The position numbers and the translations under genes are program-made. The notes under the pieces are model-generated. The model had not been told where the DNA came from, ran no database searches, and saw only the letters and a program-made list of their open reading frames with translations. A DNA stretch of 64,000 bases from a virus: IMG/VR virus record IMGVR_UViG_3300045988_180522; one strand, written 5' to 3'. Shown in pieces: positions 27,201-35,485 of this stretch. Every line of letters starts with the position of its first letter. Position 1 is the first letter of the stretch.

Positions 27201-28708
27201 ATGACGGGTCCAGAATAGCAGGAGAAGCCGATATCATAGCTGTAGACAGGAAGGGAAATATAAAGATGTATGATATTAAGGCCGGAAAATACTCATTCCA
27301 TCCGTTTATGGACAGATATGGCCGTACTGTAGATTATTTTACATCCAAACACAGGTTACAGACTATGTCTCTGTCAGAGTATACAGGAAGACAGATGTCT
27401 ATACTGAAAGATCTGTTCGACAGTCAGTATAGTACTCCTGTATCTTCTATGGGACTGCTGCCAGTAGTGGTAGAGTATAATGACAGTATAATCAGTTCTG
27501 TATCCCTTGAGAAAGGAATACCTGTGAAATATACTCCTTACATTCCTTCTCCTGTACAGGATAAACCTGTAAACAATGATGCTGTCTTCAATTCTTCACT
27601 TGAGACGGGAAATCCTGAGAACCTGGCTATTGAGAATAACAGGCTTGAAGGATCGGTGATAGGATACTATACAAGGAAGGATAAACTGTATAAGAACTAC
27701 CTGAAACTGATAGGATCCGTCAATGGAGTAAAGGTATATCTGGTAAAGGAAGCCAGGATGTCAAGAGGGTTCGACAAGAAAGCAGAACCTAAGGAAATAG
27801 GGGCTTATTACAGGGTAGTCTTCGGAAACAATGGTGCTACTCTTAACCTTACTCCTAATGACCTGACTGTTTCAGTAACTGTGTCTCCTGAACAGGCCAT
27901 GAGACTTGTAGAGTCAAGTCCTGATATAGTAAAGGAGGTTTCATCAAGAAATACTATAATCTCTTCATTTACTACAGGAGGAGAGAGTAAATCTTCAAGA
28001 TCCAATAAGGATATGAAATCAATCAGGACTACCCTGAAAAGAAGACCTATGACAAGGATGGCAGACAGTAATCAGGCTAAAGCAGATCTCAGAAGTGAGA
28101 TTTCCTGGCTTAATACTGTTTTACCTCAGATGTCGGAAGATGGAAGGTTAAGGGTCCAGGAGGGCCTTATTAATGTAGCAGAGGGAGGAGCTGAGGCCTG
28201 GGGAGTATATGATGAAGGAGTGATAAGGCTCAGTAATATAGCTGCCGAAGGAACAGTATATCATGAGGCTTTTCATGCTGTAATGGACCTTATGGCTTCT
28301 GAAAAAGAGAAGAATAACCTGATGAGTGAGGCCAGACAGAAATGGGGAGACCTCACGGATACTGAGCTTGAGGAGAAGATGGCTGAGGAATTCAGGGAGT
28401 ATGTGATGGGAGTAAGGAAAAAGGGACTCGGAAGAAGGATTCTTGATTTTTTCAGTAAACTGTTAGACATTGTAGCAAACTGGAGAAATATAAGACCTTA
28501 CACATATTCATTCTACAATAAGATTAACAGCGGAGGTTTCTCCTCTGTCAGTATTAACCCACTCTCCCGGCCCGGGACTGATCTTAGCTTCGGATCATTG
28601 AAAGGGGGGATAAGGGATATGCTGGAAGCAAAGGGATGGAAAAAAGAGATCTGGGATGCTATGACATACGAAGAAAAACAACACGCTGTGAGATGTGCTT
28701 CTATATGA
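21284..28708 (+). CDS. Giant virion (cargo-type) protein with two zincin-like HExxH motifs
   Basis: 2474 aa. HELNH is encoded at 21698..21712 and HEAFH at 28261..28275; the second is followed about 20 residues later by MSEARQ, a gluzincin-like Glu. It is the first of three contiguous giant ORFs typical of crAss-like phages. Confidence 0.55.
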   Translation: MPDKSKKKIDTSKYVAHYGGFGPWNSLINLGDGMNHVTFAERKDLTPADAEKERKYLLDWYSNPATLDRVTALMGRIPESLNRGTFVNEHQRTYIQEEPDDMLERHGGAYSISGNKLFRDQNYVVFSPDAYDRDQLRVHELNHAYSDFHEDMFSRLPDRKYDPASYGVLNIPAISSSYPQPDIEYLQDPSEIHSRLMEIRHYLRKKPGEKIDGNELRKALDDLDGDNFYRQMRYYNDDALLYWLNTVADNNTGKPDVNIAAEGGDLNDMGIQDPSEIGVGGLKGLKGVDREQGEYSRLVQSGSPLTAEALSGNFRRRTFNTYINEPIDVSVGFTGVGDSRYDKEIETVSQLDNLSNTRGELQSGIVQLGSGLAKAGVLAGTTFLDGILGTIVGIGTAASEGRWSGLWDNQFSRVMNSINEWSEEALPNYYTDKELEDPWYKNIFTANFIGDKVIKNLGFAVGAAYSGRVGAGVLSKVSGLNKVRNAFKGAVSASGEGFKSVNDALSAARSGKDIFLNGVRITEALANDAKKLRYASPVLKITGAFSGALGEARIEAIQNSNDWEETQIRNLTEAYNNVKQEEAARLMSERPDLFTYENDGNGGFVPVPTAQGSALIEGRASARFDYNGGLAKIQEDKLKMGNIDFLLNIPLLTLSDMWQFGKFYAGGYKAARKTAGLTRKVIDGKVVYEPHKAGIAETVGRTLQKSIAEGPFEEMGQSAISRGAGYKYGSELNSFYGAKIDPVSEEESVGFIKAMGDAILDTYGNVENYEEGFIGAMTAALGIPTIRTTERGIRPGLEGGVREDIREMQAENRRNREVADALNKRIQSPEFLNYYQGMVRHNKYQRDMDRAAEEGDAFEFKNAEHSQLISDVMMFEDAGRIQDFYDILEEAGTISDSDIESLREITDDGTDASRYRNMTDSEIRESVQKEVEDTRKKADSYRKIASDLMTKAGTEFSSDELKELTWMMTRIDDWEKRFTEMYSSFRTGLSTAAEIAKSTGNTGAYDDIQELSSKSPMEALVTLAENDKISESLLSMAELAGPSGIGILEDVNDMVKMAKARNTFLAKYNSYLRDPDSLRKMMSEEEEKAVEDKKQMDTETVMEEAGKAETPSDLEEALSNAPTEEIRTEVEKQLRKEGNPVITEKDKKENLTEDVSSIIDNLSPDENIRNKARIIFDRMVQSEATADEILDPDNTSYKEGLEDDDNIEAAFIVEEALRRERENNDIKDRMSVTEEDINPAGHEEEVVEEPEMPVGVTSKESMDNENSSSATEGLPEGSYYAPAISEFSINGQRIGDFTPFGDTIEGKKYKPLYDFLVRKGAFDYVNQGKLKKGDRVHFLISEEFNEIAAENPDFNSTTIFMAVLNNDGSYQIVGSLPAREISDRYEGLSELEDRIIESYNKGKGDYISSESISVSKIMVGRVPTGIEEKNLSDIPYVDPSNATLGVVKQGALLVPNKSGMVLAGFSTEGRNANLYLMLPDGAGKYRPVNVRVRYLSEYDINDVTKQNTPVYKDLIKGLTSLAEARNQDDMFKAKKMLENVLYLGGVSFYPEIRGSESFIKIVKVPVDAGGTPIEGGQKVENYIHTGSLPALLTLGSGGSSSPSTPPPSRPREDVVRDIVAVLQNMNVPFQVSHRLLNSRGYNKRIIDSGIVTSNILEARFRGTWFTTDYFSPEGTEKNSVPPAEGKAGARESNSVGGIEVDLRGDKFYVDGSTVRDKNGRIVKSPDPVLQAEAYALQVYGDAMNGSGQVNGVVLLPNGDLYNRKSRKIIHPGDDGYSNLKKQFDPPVKTDNNTIIADIEENQRKVDRVNSTGDTYSIMEEDGQYHEYKSVRSVMGGLWIENPKVHDTISAVSASLAEKSSQPEQYNRYLDFLKGKYGIDLTEYKGRTTSQDRDMILSLLRESLSEANPPVKASDPFRLITRNFFMGREVVKPDNVSEEAFQSYLSSLGNIRNSLNEAGETVISSGIVVFRKYDDGSRIAGEADIIAVDRKGNIKMYDIKAGKYSFHPFMDRYGRTVDYFTSKHRLQTMSLSEYTGRQMSILKDLFDSQYSTPVSSMGLLPVVVEYNDSIISSVSLEKGIPVKYTPYIPSPVQDKPVNNDAVFNSSLETGNPENLAIENNRLEGSVIGYYTRKDKLYKNYLKLIGSVNGVKVYLVKEARMSRGFDKKAEPKEIGAYYRVVFGNNGATLNLTPNDLTVSVTVSPEQAMRLVESSPDIVKEVSSRNTIISSFTTGGESKSSRSNKDMKSIRTTLKRRPMTRMADSNQAKADLRSEISWLNTVLPQMSEDGRLRVQEGLINVAEGGAEAWGVYDEGVIRLSNIAAEGTVYHEAFHAVMDLMASEKEKNNLMSEARQKWGDLTDTELEEKMAEEFREYVMGVRKKGLGRRILDFFSKLLDIVANWRNIRPYTYSFYNKINSGGFSSVSINPLSRPGTDLSFGSLKGGIRDMLEAKGWKKEIWDAMTYEEKQHAVRCASI

Positions 28709-28740
28709 TTTGTAGTATCTTTGGTAAAAATTTGTAATAT

Positions 28741-31700
28741 ATGTCATACTGTATTCCTATAAATCAAGAAATAAGAGACCTGGCATCCTCCATAGGAGAG
28801 GATGTACAGGTAGTAGCCAATCTTGCAGGTATGTGGGTGGAAGAGAACCCTGATGAGAGGAGTGGAATGTACCCATCTGCCGGTGTTCTCAGAGGAATGA
28901 TAGAACACTTTAAACAACAACTGAATGTTGAAAAGCTCAGCCTGAAGGATATTTCCGGAAGTATACAGCCTGAGGTAGTATCAGGAGTATTTGATGATGC
29001 CGGAATCAGACAGAAGGCTTCCGGAAGTATGAACTATATGGAAAAGGCTGACAGGGAATTTTCTTCTGAGGTCAGGAGAGACAGGGCTATGTTGTTATCG
29101 AGATTATTTTCCATGATACTCACAAGAGAGGAAGAGAAAAAGGCTGAGGAGCTGAGGATGATGGTAGAGGAAGAGTTATCCCTGGAAAGGAAGGCAGATC
29201 TTGAGAGGCAATTATCTTCACTGGACAGGGGACAGATAATTATGTCTGAATCCCCGGCATCACTGTTCATGAAAGTACGTGATATATTTAAATGGTATAT
29301 AGAGGATACTGTCGATAATAATATAGAATCAGAAAAGGAAGACCTGGCCCAATATGGGCTGTCAGGAACCCGCCTGGACCAGGAGGCCAGAAGAGTAGCT
29401 AGATACAAAAGGGACCAGTATAAAAAAATACTGGATAACTTTAAAGCACTGGCTGAGGAAGCATCTGTCTATCTTGTCACTACCGAAGGGGTAAGAATAG
29501 ACCTTGATTCAGGTACTATAAGTCAGGACACGGTTACAGAGACAGATGAGGATGGGAATCAGATAGATACAAACAGTACTGACGGACTTGGCAGGGAGGA
29601 AAAGCAGTATGAGAACTGGATGATAAACTATACTATGGTCCCTTCAAATATGTCCCTGACAAAGGAAGTAAGAAAGATTATAGGTACTATTCCACAGGTA
29701 GATAATGAGGGATATGCTGTTACTGATGATCTGGGATTTGAAAAATATCTTGATCCTAACAGGGTGCATGCTTCCATTATCGAGGCTCTCAGATATATGA
29801 CTGACAGCAGGGATATGATACCACTGATGGAGAAACTGTCTAAATCACAGCCATGGATATCCTCTGTAATAGATATGATAAAGAATGATCCTGTACTGGA
29901 ATCTCAATTCTATACCAGTTACAGGAAAGACTTCCTCCCGTATTATATCCAGAGATCATCCAGGAATGCAGATGGTTCTGTATCATATAAGACTGTAGCT
30001 ATAAATCTTCCAGGAGCTTCAGACACTCTGATGAACAGGTGGAAAGACAATATCTCGGCAGCTCTTAAGCTATCCCCTGATAGTATATATACCTCCTCCC
30101 GGACCCTTTCCATGGAAAATATAAAGAAGGGATTTAAGACACTGGAAAGCTTATCAGGACAGTTTGGCAAGGCGGAGGATAAACAAGCCTTCATAGGAGA
30201 GAAAAAGGTAGCTGAGGATATTACCAACCTGCTGAGATCTATCGGAATTGACACAGACAGTGATTCTGTATCATCCCTGCTATCTGATACAGGGGCCTTT
30301 TACAGGATTACACGGCCACTGCATAATATCTTCAATATATTGAAGGATGCTAAGGGTAAGCAGGAAAATGACATCCTGATGAAAGAGTTCAGGGGATCAT
30401 ATAAGAAACTGGCGGCAGAGATTGGAAAGGTATCAGAAAACAGTATAGAAAGCAGCAGTAATGAAAGGGGAAAGACCTATTACGGACATGTACAGCCTTC
30501 ATATATAGGTACTCTATTCAATAAACTGAAAAATGAAGTGGGGAATGATGAGAAGTACGAGGAATTCATACAAAGGGAATTCGGTCAGTACAAATGGTTT
30601 AAGAATGGAGATGTATGGCTATGTCCATGGATTGAATGGTTATATAAGGATAAGAGTATAAGAGAAGGGTTGCAGCATAAGGTATTGTTACATTCTGATG
30701 GTGTGGAGTATAAGGACATGACCTCTCCTCAATATACTATAACTGTGATAAATGAGTATGCCTCCGATCCTTCCGGAGAATGGGCCTACTATGTAGTGCC
30801 TGTGATGTCTAATGCTCCCATAGCCAGGTTTATCAGGATGCCGAGATTCTCAGAAAGCTCCTTTTATAAGGGAGAATTCAGAAGTTTCGAGTATATCATA
30901 CCTGATCTGATGGTTAATATAGCAGAACAGGAAATAGGAAGGATAAAGCTTGTAAATAAGAGATCGGAACTTATAAAGAAAGGCCTTATTAAACCTATAG
31001 AAAACTTTGATGTTACCTATAATCCTGACGGGTCTGTAAAGAATATAGGAGGAGCTGAGTTTAAGTTCATACCATACCTGAATACTGTCAGGTACAATGG
31101 AAATTCCTTTCTTGAAAAGCTTGTAGAACTATCTGATAGTAATATAAGCTCCATGAAATTCAGAAACTTTGTGAGAGATGCTGTTTCTGAATCTCTGAAT
31201 CAGGGATTTGAAAGGATGATGGATAGGTTCAATACTCTCGGCCTGCTTAATAAAGTAAGGCCCTCCAGGCCCGGGGAGGTTATAGATTCAATACCTTACC
31301 AGTATTTTCCGGGTATAAAAACGGAGGAAGGACTGAGAAGATTCCTGAAGGAATATTATTATAACTCAGCCTTCGCCACATCACAGATTATAGAAATAAC
31401 TACTACTGACCTGGCTTTCTATAAGGGGATGACTGATTTCCAGAAGAGGTTTAAGGAAATAAACTCACCTGCACAGAGACTGAATACAAGGGCATTATTC
31501 AATAATGAAGTAGTTGGAAGAGAATATGAAAGGGCTATATATGTAAAAGACCTGCATATTACCTCTACAGCCATTAATGATATTGAAAAAGTACTGGATG
31601 AAAAGGTAAAGGATCATACTATTACAAAGCTTGATAAAGAAGCTATTATCTCAAAGTACAGGACTAAAGACGGGAAGGGAGGAATAAATGTGACTGATGG

Positions 31701-34700
31701 ACAGGCTTTCAGGTCATTATCTTCATACAGAGCAGTAATGGCTATGATGGGGAAATGGGATAATAAGAAAGAACAGGCCTATGAAAATATCAGATCCGGA
31801 AGATGGGATATGGAGGATTTCTGGACAGTATGGCAGACTATAAAACCATTCGTATATAGTCAGACTTCTGTAAAAAGCGGAGAAGGAAATAATATAAAGG
31901 TACCTGTACAGCATAAGAATTCTGAGTTTCTGATTATGGCTATACATAGCATGGTTGCCGGGGAGACAGGATCATCCTCTGTTCTGAGAGCCATAAACAG
32001 ATTTATGGAAGAGAATCAGATAGATGTGGTACAGTTCGACTCTGCTGTAAAAGTAGGGATACAGGGGGCTATAGATATCCCCCAGGGCCTGGAGGAGGAT
32101 AATGTTTATGATCTGCTGATGAAGGCCACAGGAATAAGTGAGGGGGAAGAAAATACGGATGTGATACATACTATAGATTATAATGACTATGGGGAACAGC
32201 AGGAAAATCCGGAACACTTCCTTGATGCACAGGGACTGGTGGGAGTACAGATCAGAAGACTGATATCTGCTGATATGTCACCGGAAGCAAATATTAAAGT
32301 AGGTGACAGAACAATACCATTTACTGAATGGATGAATGAATATAATGCCCTGAATGTAGAAAATGTGCTTCAATCATATATGGCTACAAGTGAGATATTC
32401 AGCGATAAGGCCATACTGAGCAGGATTCTTACAGAAGAGGCCAGAGGAGGGGCAAACTATAGCAATGAGCTTGTAAAATCCCTGAAACTGAATAGTAACG
32501 GGGAATTCAGGATTCCTCTGTATGATGAATCTATGTCTAATAAGGTACAGCCTTTGCTGAACAGTATTATCAAGAACAGGATTACAAGACAAAAAATAAA
32601 GGGGGGAGCCTGTGTACAGGTAAGTAATTACGGGCTTACAGATTCCCTGAATATAGTATTCGAAGGGGAAGGAAAAGACAGACATATCAAATATATTGAA
32701 TGTTATATGCCATGGTATTCCAGAACACTGGTAGACGGAATGATGAAGGAAGGCTCACATGTACTGGATATCAGTAAAATACCTGATAGTATGAGAAAGA
32801 TTATAGGATACAGGATCCCTACAGAGGATAAGTATTCTATGCTTCCGCTTTATATAAAAGGATTCCTTCCCCAACAGAGTGGAGGGGCTATTATGCTTCC
32901 GTCCGATATTACTACAATCACAGGTAGTGACTTTGACGTAGATAAGATGTACCTTATGATTCCTGCATTCAGTGTCAGGGAAAAGCTTGACAGAAAAGCT
33001 GTTAAAAGGGACCTCAAAGAAAGATACAAGAGTATGAAGGACTATAATAACCAGATGGATATAGTCCTGGATGAGATAGTAAATGGAAAGATAGCCTTTA
33101 GTGAGGACTCCTTTGAGATGCAGGTGTATGATCATATCATGGATAACTATGATATATATCATACAAAATATGTTGATGCCGTAAAATACAATGATAACCT
33201 GTCGCCGAAGGAAAATGGTACTGATGCCAGGAATAACAGGATCATAGAACTGATGTGGGGTATACTTACGAATCCTGAGACAGCATTTAAGATGTTAAAT
33301 CCGCAAGGATTTGATAAGATCAAGGAGGCTGCAAGGGTAGCTGTCCTGCTTAAGACAGGAATAAGCCGTGAAGCTCTGAGAAAAGAACTGGGGAATGATC
33401 TTGTCTCAGGACTGAAAAACCTGAGTGTCAGAGAGCTGGATAACATGGTAGAGAAATATAAGATTCCGTATGATCCTTTAAGCCCTCTGACACAGATAGA
33501 GTTCCATAAGAATAATATGACAGGTCTCGGAATGGTTGGGATATATGCAAATCATAATACCCATCATGCCATATCACAATTCACAGATGTGTCTCTGAAT
33601 CCTGTGAATGGGGCCTTTCCTCTGTTAGGACATACTCTCACATCATTACACAGTCAGAAAGCTTTGGATGGTACCTATATAAGCAGGAATGTGTCAGGAT
33701 TTCTGGCTGCTTCTGTGGATAATGCTAAGGACCCTGTCCTGGAGGATTTAAATCAGAATACTTTTACATCTGATGCTTCCATGCTGTTATCAAGGCTCGG
33801 ATACTCAGCATTTCAGGTATCACTGATAATGAATCAGCCTATAGTCAGGGAAATGGCTGATGAATATATCAGGGCCTCCAGGACCGGGGAGGGACGCATG
33901 GATGTAGTAAACAGGATCAGCAATGACTGGATAAAGAGTGCTGACATAAAGAATCCTTCGAAGCTGAATATCAGTGATATTACAGAGGAAGAACTAATAT
34001 ACAATATTATGCAGTCGGTTCTTCCTGCTGATAAAAGATCTGCTTCATATGTAAGGAAACAGGCAGAATTTTCTAAGCTGTTCTCAAAGATAATGAATAC
34101 TGCTGAGGCCCTTGGAATGCTTGTAAGGGCTTCAAGATCAGACACACAGTCAGGAAGTGCCGGACCTTATATTGCTGATACCGAGATAAAGCTGAGAAAT
34201 ATTACATTACTCAGGGAGAAGATAGACTCAGGAAAATTTCCTCTTGATAACGCTGACTTTCTTAAAGATATACCAGTACTGGATGAAGATTCTTTAAGAA
34301 GAGATATACTGAACAGTAAAGTACCTATATTGCAGGCATTTTATACTCTCGGGATATTCAGTACAGGTAATATACTGTCAAGATATATGCCTCACCATCA
34401 GGATAATTTCAGGCAGGTTGTAAACAGTGTCGAATCCATGACTAAGACAGGGAGACTGAATAAGAAGACCCTGAAAACATTATATTCGGATCTGTTTACC
34501 TATATAATGAGTAAGACAGAGTTCTTTAATGAAAAATACAGAAAGGACTTTATCATGAACTTTCCTAACAGATTCAGTAATATAGTCAGTTCTGATCCTG
34601 AGATAGGTAATCTGGGATTTATAAAAGCTCTGAAGACAGATAAACCCTTTGAGAATTCAGATCTGTCAGTTCTTGGTATCTCCGGTGTAGGCAGGCTTAA

Positions 34701-35484
34701 TACTACTATGAAAGAGAATTTTTCACGGGACTGGGCCAACCTTCTTTATATGAATAATCCTTCTGCCAACAGACTTGCCCTTGATCTGTTCAGGTATGGT
34801 TATTTCAGGGGAGGATTCGGGTTCAGTCCTTCATCTTATATGCATCTGGCTCCTGTGGTACTTATAGAGAATATCCCCGGGTATATAGAGGCAGAGAGAG
34901 GGATTCTGGGATCTGAAGATGATTATTCTGCGTTTGTTACCCAGTTTGTCCGCAACCATCTGTCCAATAAGCTGCTGGTTCCTCAGACACTGGAGGGAAA
35001 TATAAAATTCACCGATAATAAGGGGGAATTCCTTAATACTGTACCCCTCAATACCAGGGATAAGATTACAGGAGATGATATGGGTATGGTGAAGGAGATA
35101 ATCAGGGATAAAAATAAGGTCAGGTATATATTCATGGACTTCATATCCAAGGAAAATAGTTCAGGTGATATAGCCTACTACAAACTGTCTGGTGATGGTA
35201 CATCCTATGACCGTATACAGCCACTGGGAGCAGATGGTATGTTCCCTGAGTACTCCTATGGAATAAATGGGGAAGTAATGTCTTCAACTGTTTCTGAAAT
35301 AGCCGACCTCCTGGACCTGAACAATTCGGAATATCAGGAAGATATGGATGACAGGAACTATAATCCATTATCCCAGCCGGAGGAAACCTATGAGAAAGTG
35401 TTACAGACAGAGAATAACAGATCTGAAATCATGAGATATGAACCAGTTGAGGTAATTACTTCAGATAATAAAAAGTTGTGTTAA
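28741..35484 (+). CDS. Giant virion-packaged RNA polymerase candidate (two-barrel RNAP-like, DxDxD catalytic motif)
   Basis: 2247 aa. GSDFDVDKMY is encoded at 32929..32943 (aspartate triad DFDVD). The gene is the central one of the giant-gene triplet. Confidence 0.55.
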   Translation: MSYCIPINQEIRDLASSIGEDVQVVANLAGMWVEENPDERSGMYPSAGVLRGMIEHFKQQLNVEKLSLKDISGSIQPEVVSGVFDDAGIRQKASGSMNYMEKADREFSSEVRRDRAMLLSRLFSMILTREEEKKAEELRMMVEEELSLERKADLERQLSSLDRGQIIMSESPASLFMKVRDIFKWYIEDTVDNNIESEKEDLAQYGLSGTRLDQEARRVARYKRDQYKKILDNFKALAEEASVYLVTTEGVRIDLDSGTISQDTVTETDEDGNQIDTNSTDGLGREEKQYENWMINYTMVPSNMSLTKEVRKIIGTIPQVDNEGYAVTDDLGFEKYLDPNRVHASIIEALRYMTDSRDMIPLMEKLSKSQPWISSVIDMIKNDPVLESQFYTSYRKDFLPYYIQRSSRNADGSVSYKTVAINLPGASDTLMNRWKDNISAALKLSPDSIYTSSRTLSMENIKKGFKTLESLSGQFGKAEDKQAFIGEKKVAEDITNLLRSIGIDTDSDSVSSLLSDTGAFYRITRPLHNIFNILKDAKGKQENDILMKEFRGSYKKLAAEIGKVSENSIESSSNERGKTYYGHVQPSYIGTLFNKLKNEVGNDEKYEEFIQREFGQYKWFKNGDVWLCPWIEWLYKDKSIREGLQHKVLLHSDGVEYKDMTSPQYTITVINEYASDPSGEWAYYVVPVMSNAPIARFIRMPRFSESSFYKGEFRSFEYIIPDLMVNIAEQEIGRIKLVNKRSELIKKGLIKPIENFDVTYNPDGSVKNIGGAEFKFIPYLNTVRYNGNSFLEKLVELSDSNISSMKFRNFVRDAVSESLNQGFERMMDRFNTLGLLNKVRPSRPGEVIDSIPYQYFPGIKTEEGLRRFLKEYYYNSAFATSQIIEITTTDLAFYKGMTDFQKRFKEINSPAQRLNTRALFNNEVVGREYERAIYVKDLHITSTAINDIEKVLDEKVKDHTITKLDKEAIISKYRTKDGKGGINVTDGQAFRSLSSYRAVMAMMGKWDNKKEQAYENIRSGRWDMEDFWTVWQTIKPFVYSQTSVKSGEGNNIKVPVQHKNSEFLIMAIHSMVAGETGSSSVLRAINRFMEENQIDVVQFDSAVKVGIQGAIDIPQGLEEDNVYDLLMKATGISEGEENTDVIHTIDYNDYGEQQENPEHFLDAQGLVGVQIRRLISADMSPEANIKVGDRTIPFTEWMNEYNALNVENVLQSYMATSEIFSDKAILSRILTEEARGGANYSNELVKSLKLNSNGEFRIPLYDESMSNKVQPLLNSIIKNRITRQKIKGGACVQVSNYGLTDSLNIVFEGEGKDRHIKYIECYMPWYSRTLVDGMMKEGSHVLDISKIPDSMRKIIGYRIPTEDKYSMLPLYIKGFLPQQSGGAIMLPSDITTITGSDFDVDKMYLMIPAFSVREKLDRKAVKRDLKERYKSMKDYNNQMDIVLDEIVNGKIAFSEDSFEMQVYDHIMDNYDIYHTKYVDAVKYNDNLSPKENGTDARNNRIIELMWGILTNPETAFKMLNPQGFDKIKEAARVAVLLKTGISREALRKELGNDLVSGLKNLSVRELDNMVEKYKIPYDPLSPLTQIEFHKNNMTGLGMVGIYANHNTHHAISQFTDVSLNPVNGAFPLLGHTLTSLHSQKALDGTYISRNVSGFLAASVDNAKDPVLEDLNQNTFTSDASMLLSRLGYSAFQVSLIMNQPIVREMADEYIRASRTGEGRMDVVNRISNDWIKSADIKNPSKLNISDITEEELIYNIMQSVLPADKRSASYVRKQAEFSKLFSKIMNTAEALGMLVRASRSDTQSGSAGPYIADTEIKLRNITLLREKIDSGKFPLDNADFLKDIPVLDEDSLRRDILNSKVPILQAFYTLGIFSTGNILSRYMPHHQDNFRQVVNSVESMTKTGRLNKKTLKTLYSDLFTYIMSKTEFFNEKYRKDFIMNFPNRFSNIVSSDPEIGNLGFIKALKTDKPFENSDLSVLGISGVGRLNTTMKENFSRDWANLLYMNNPSANRLALDLFRYGYFRGGFGFSPSSYMHLAPVVLIENIPGYIEAERGILGSEDDYSAFVTQFVRNHLSNKLLVPQTLEGNIKFTDNKGEFLNTVPLNTRDKITGDDMGMVKEIIRDKNKVRYIFMDFISKENSSGDIAYYKLSGDGTSYDRIQPLGADGMFPEYSYGINGEVMSSTVSEIADLLDLNNSEYQEDMDDRNYNPLSQPEETYEKVLQTENNRSEIMRYEPVEVITSDNKKLC

Positions 35485-35485
35485 T

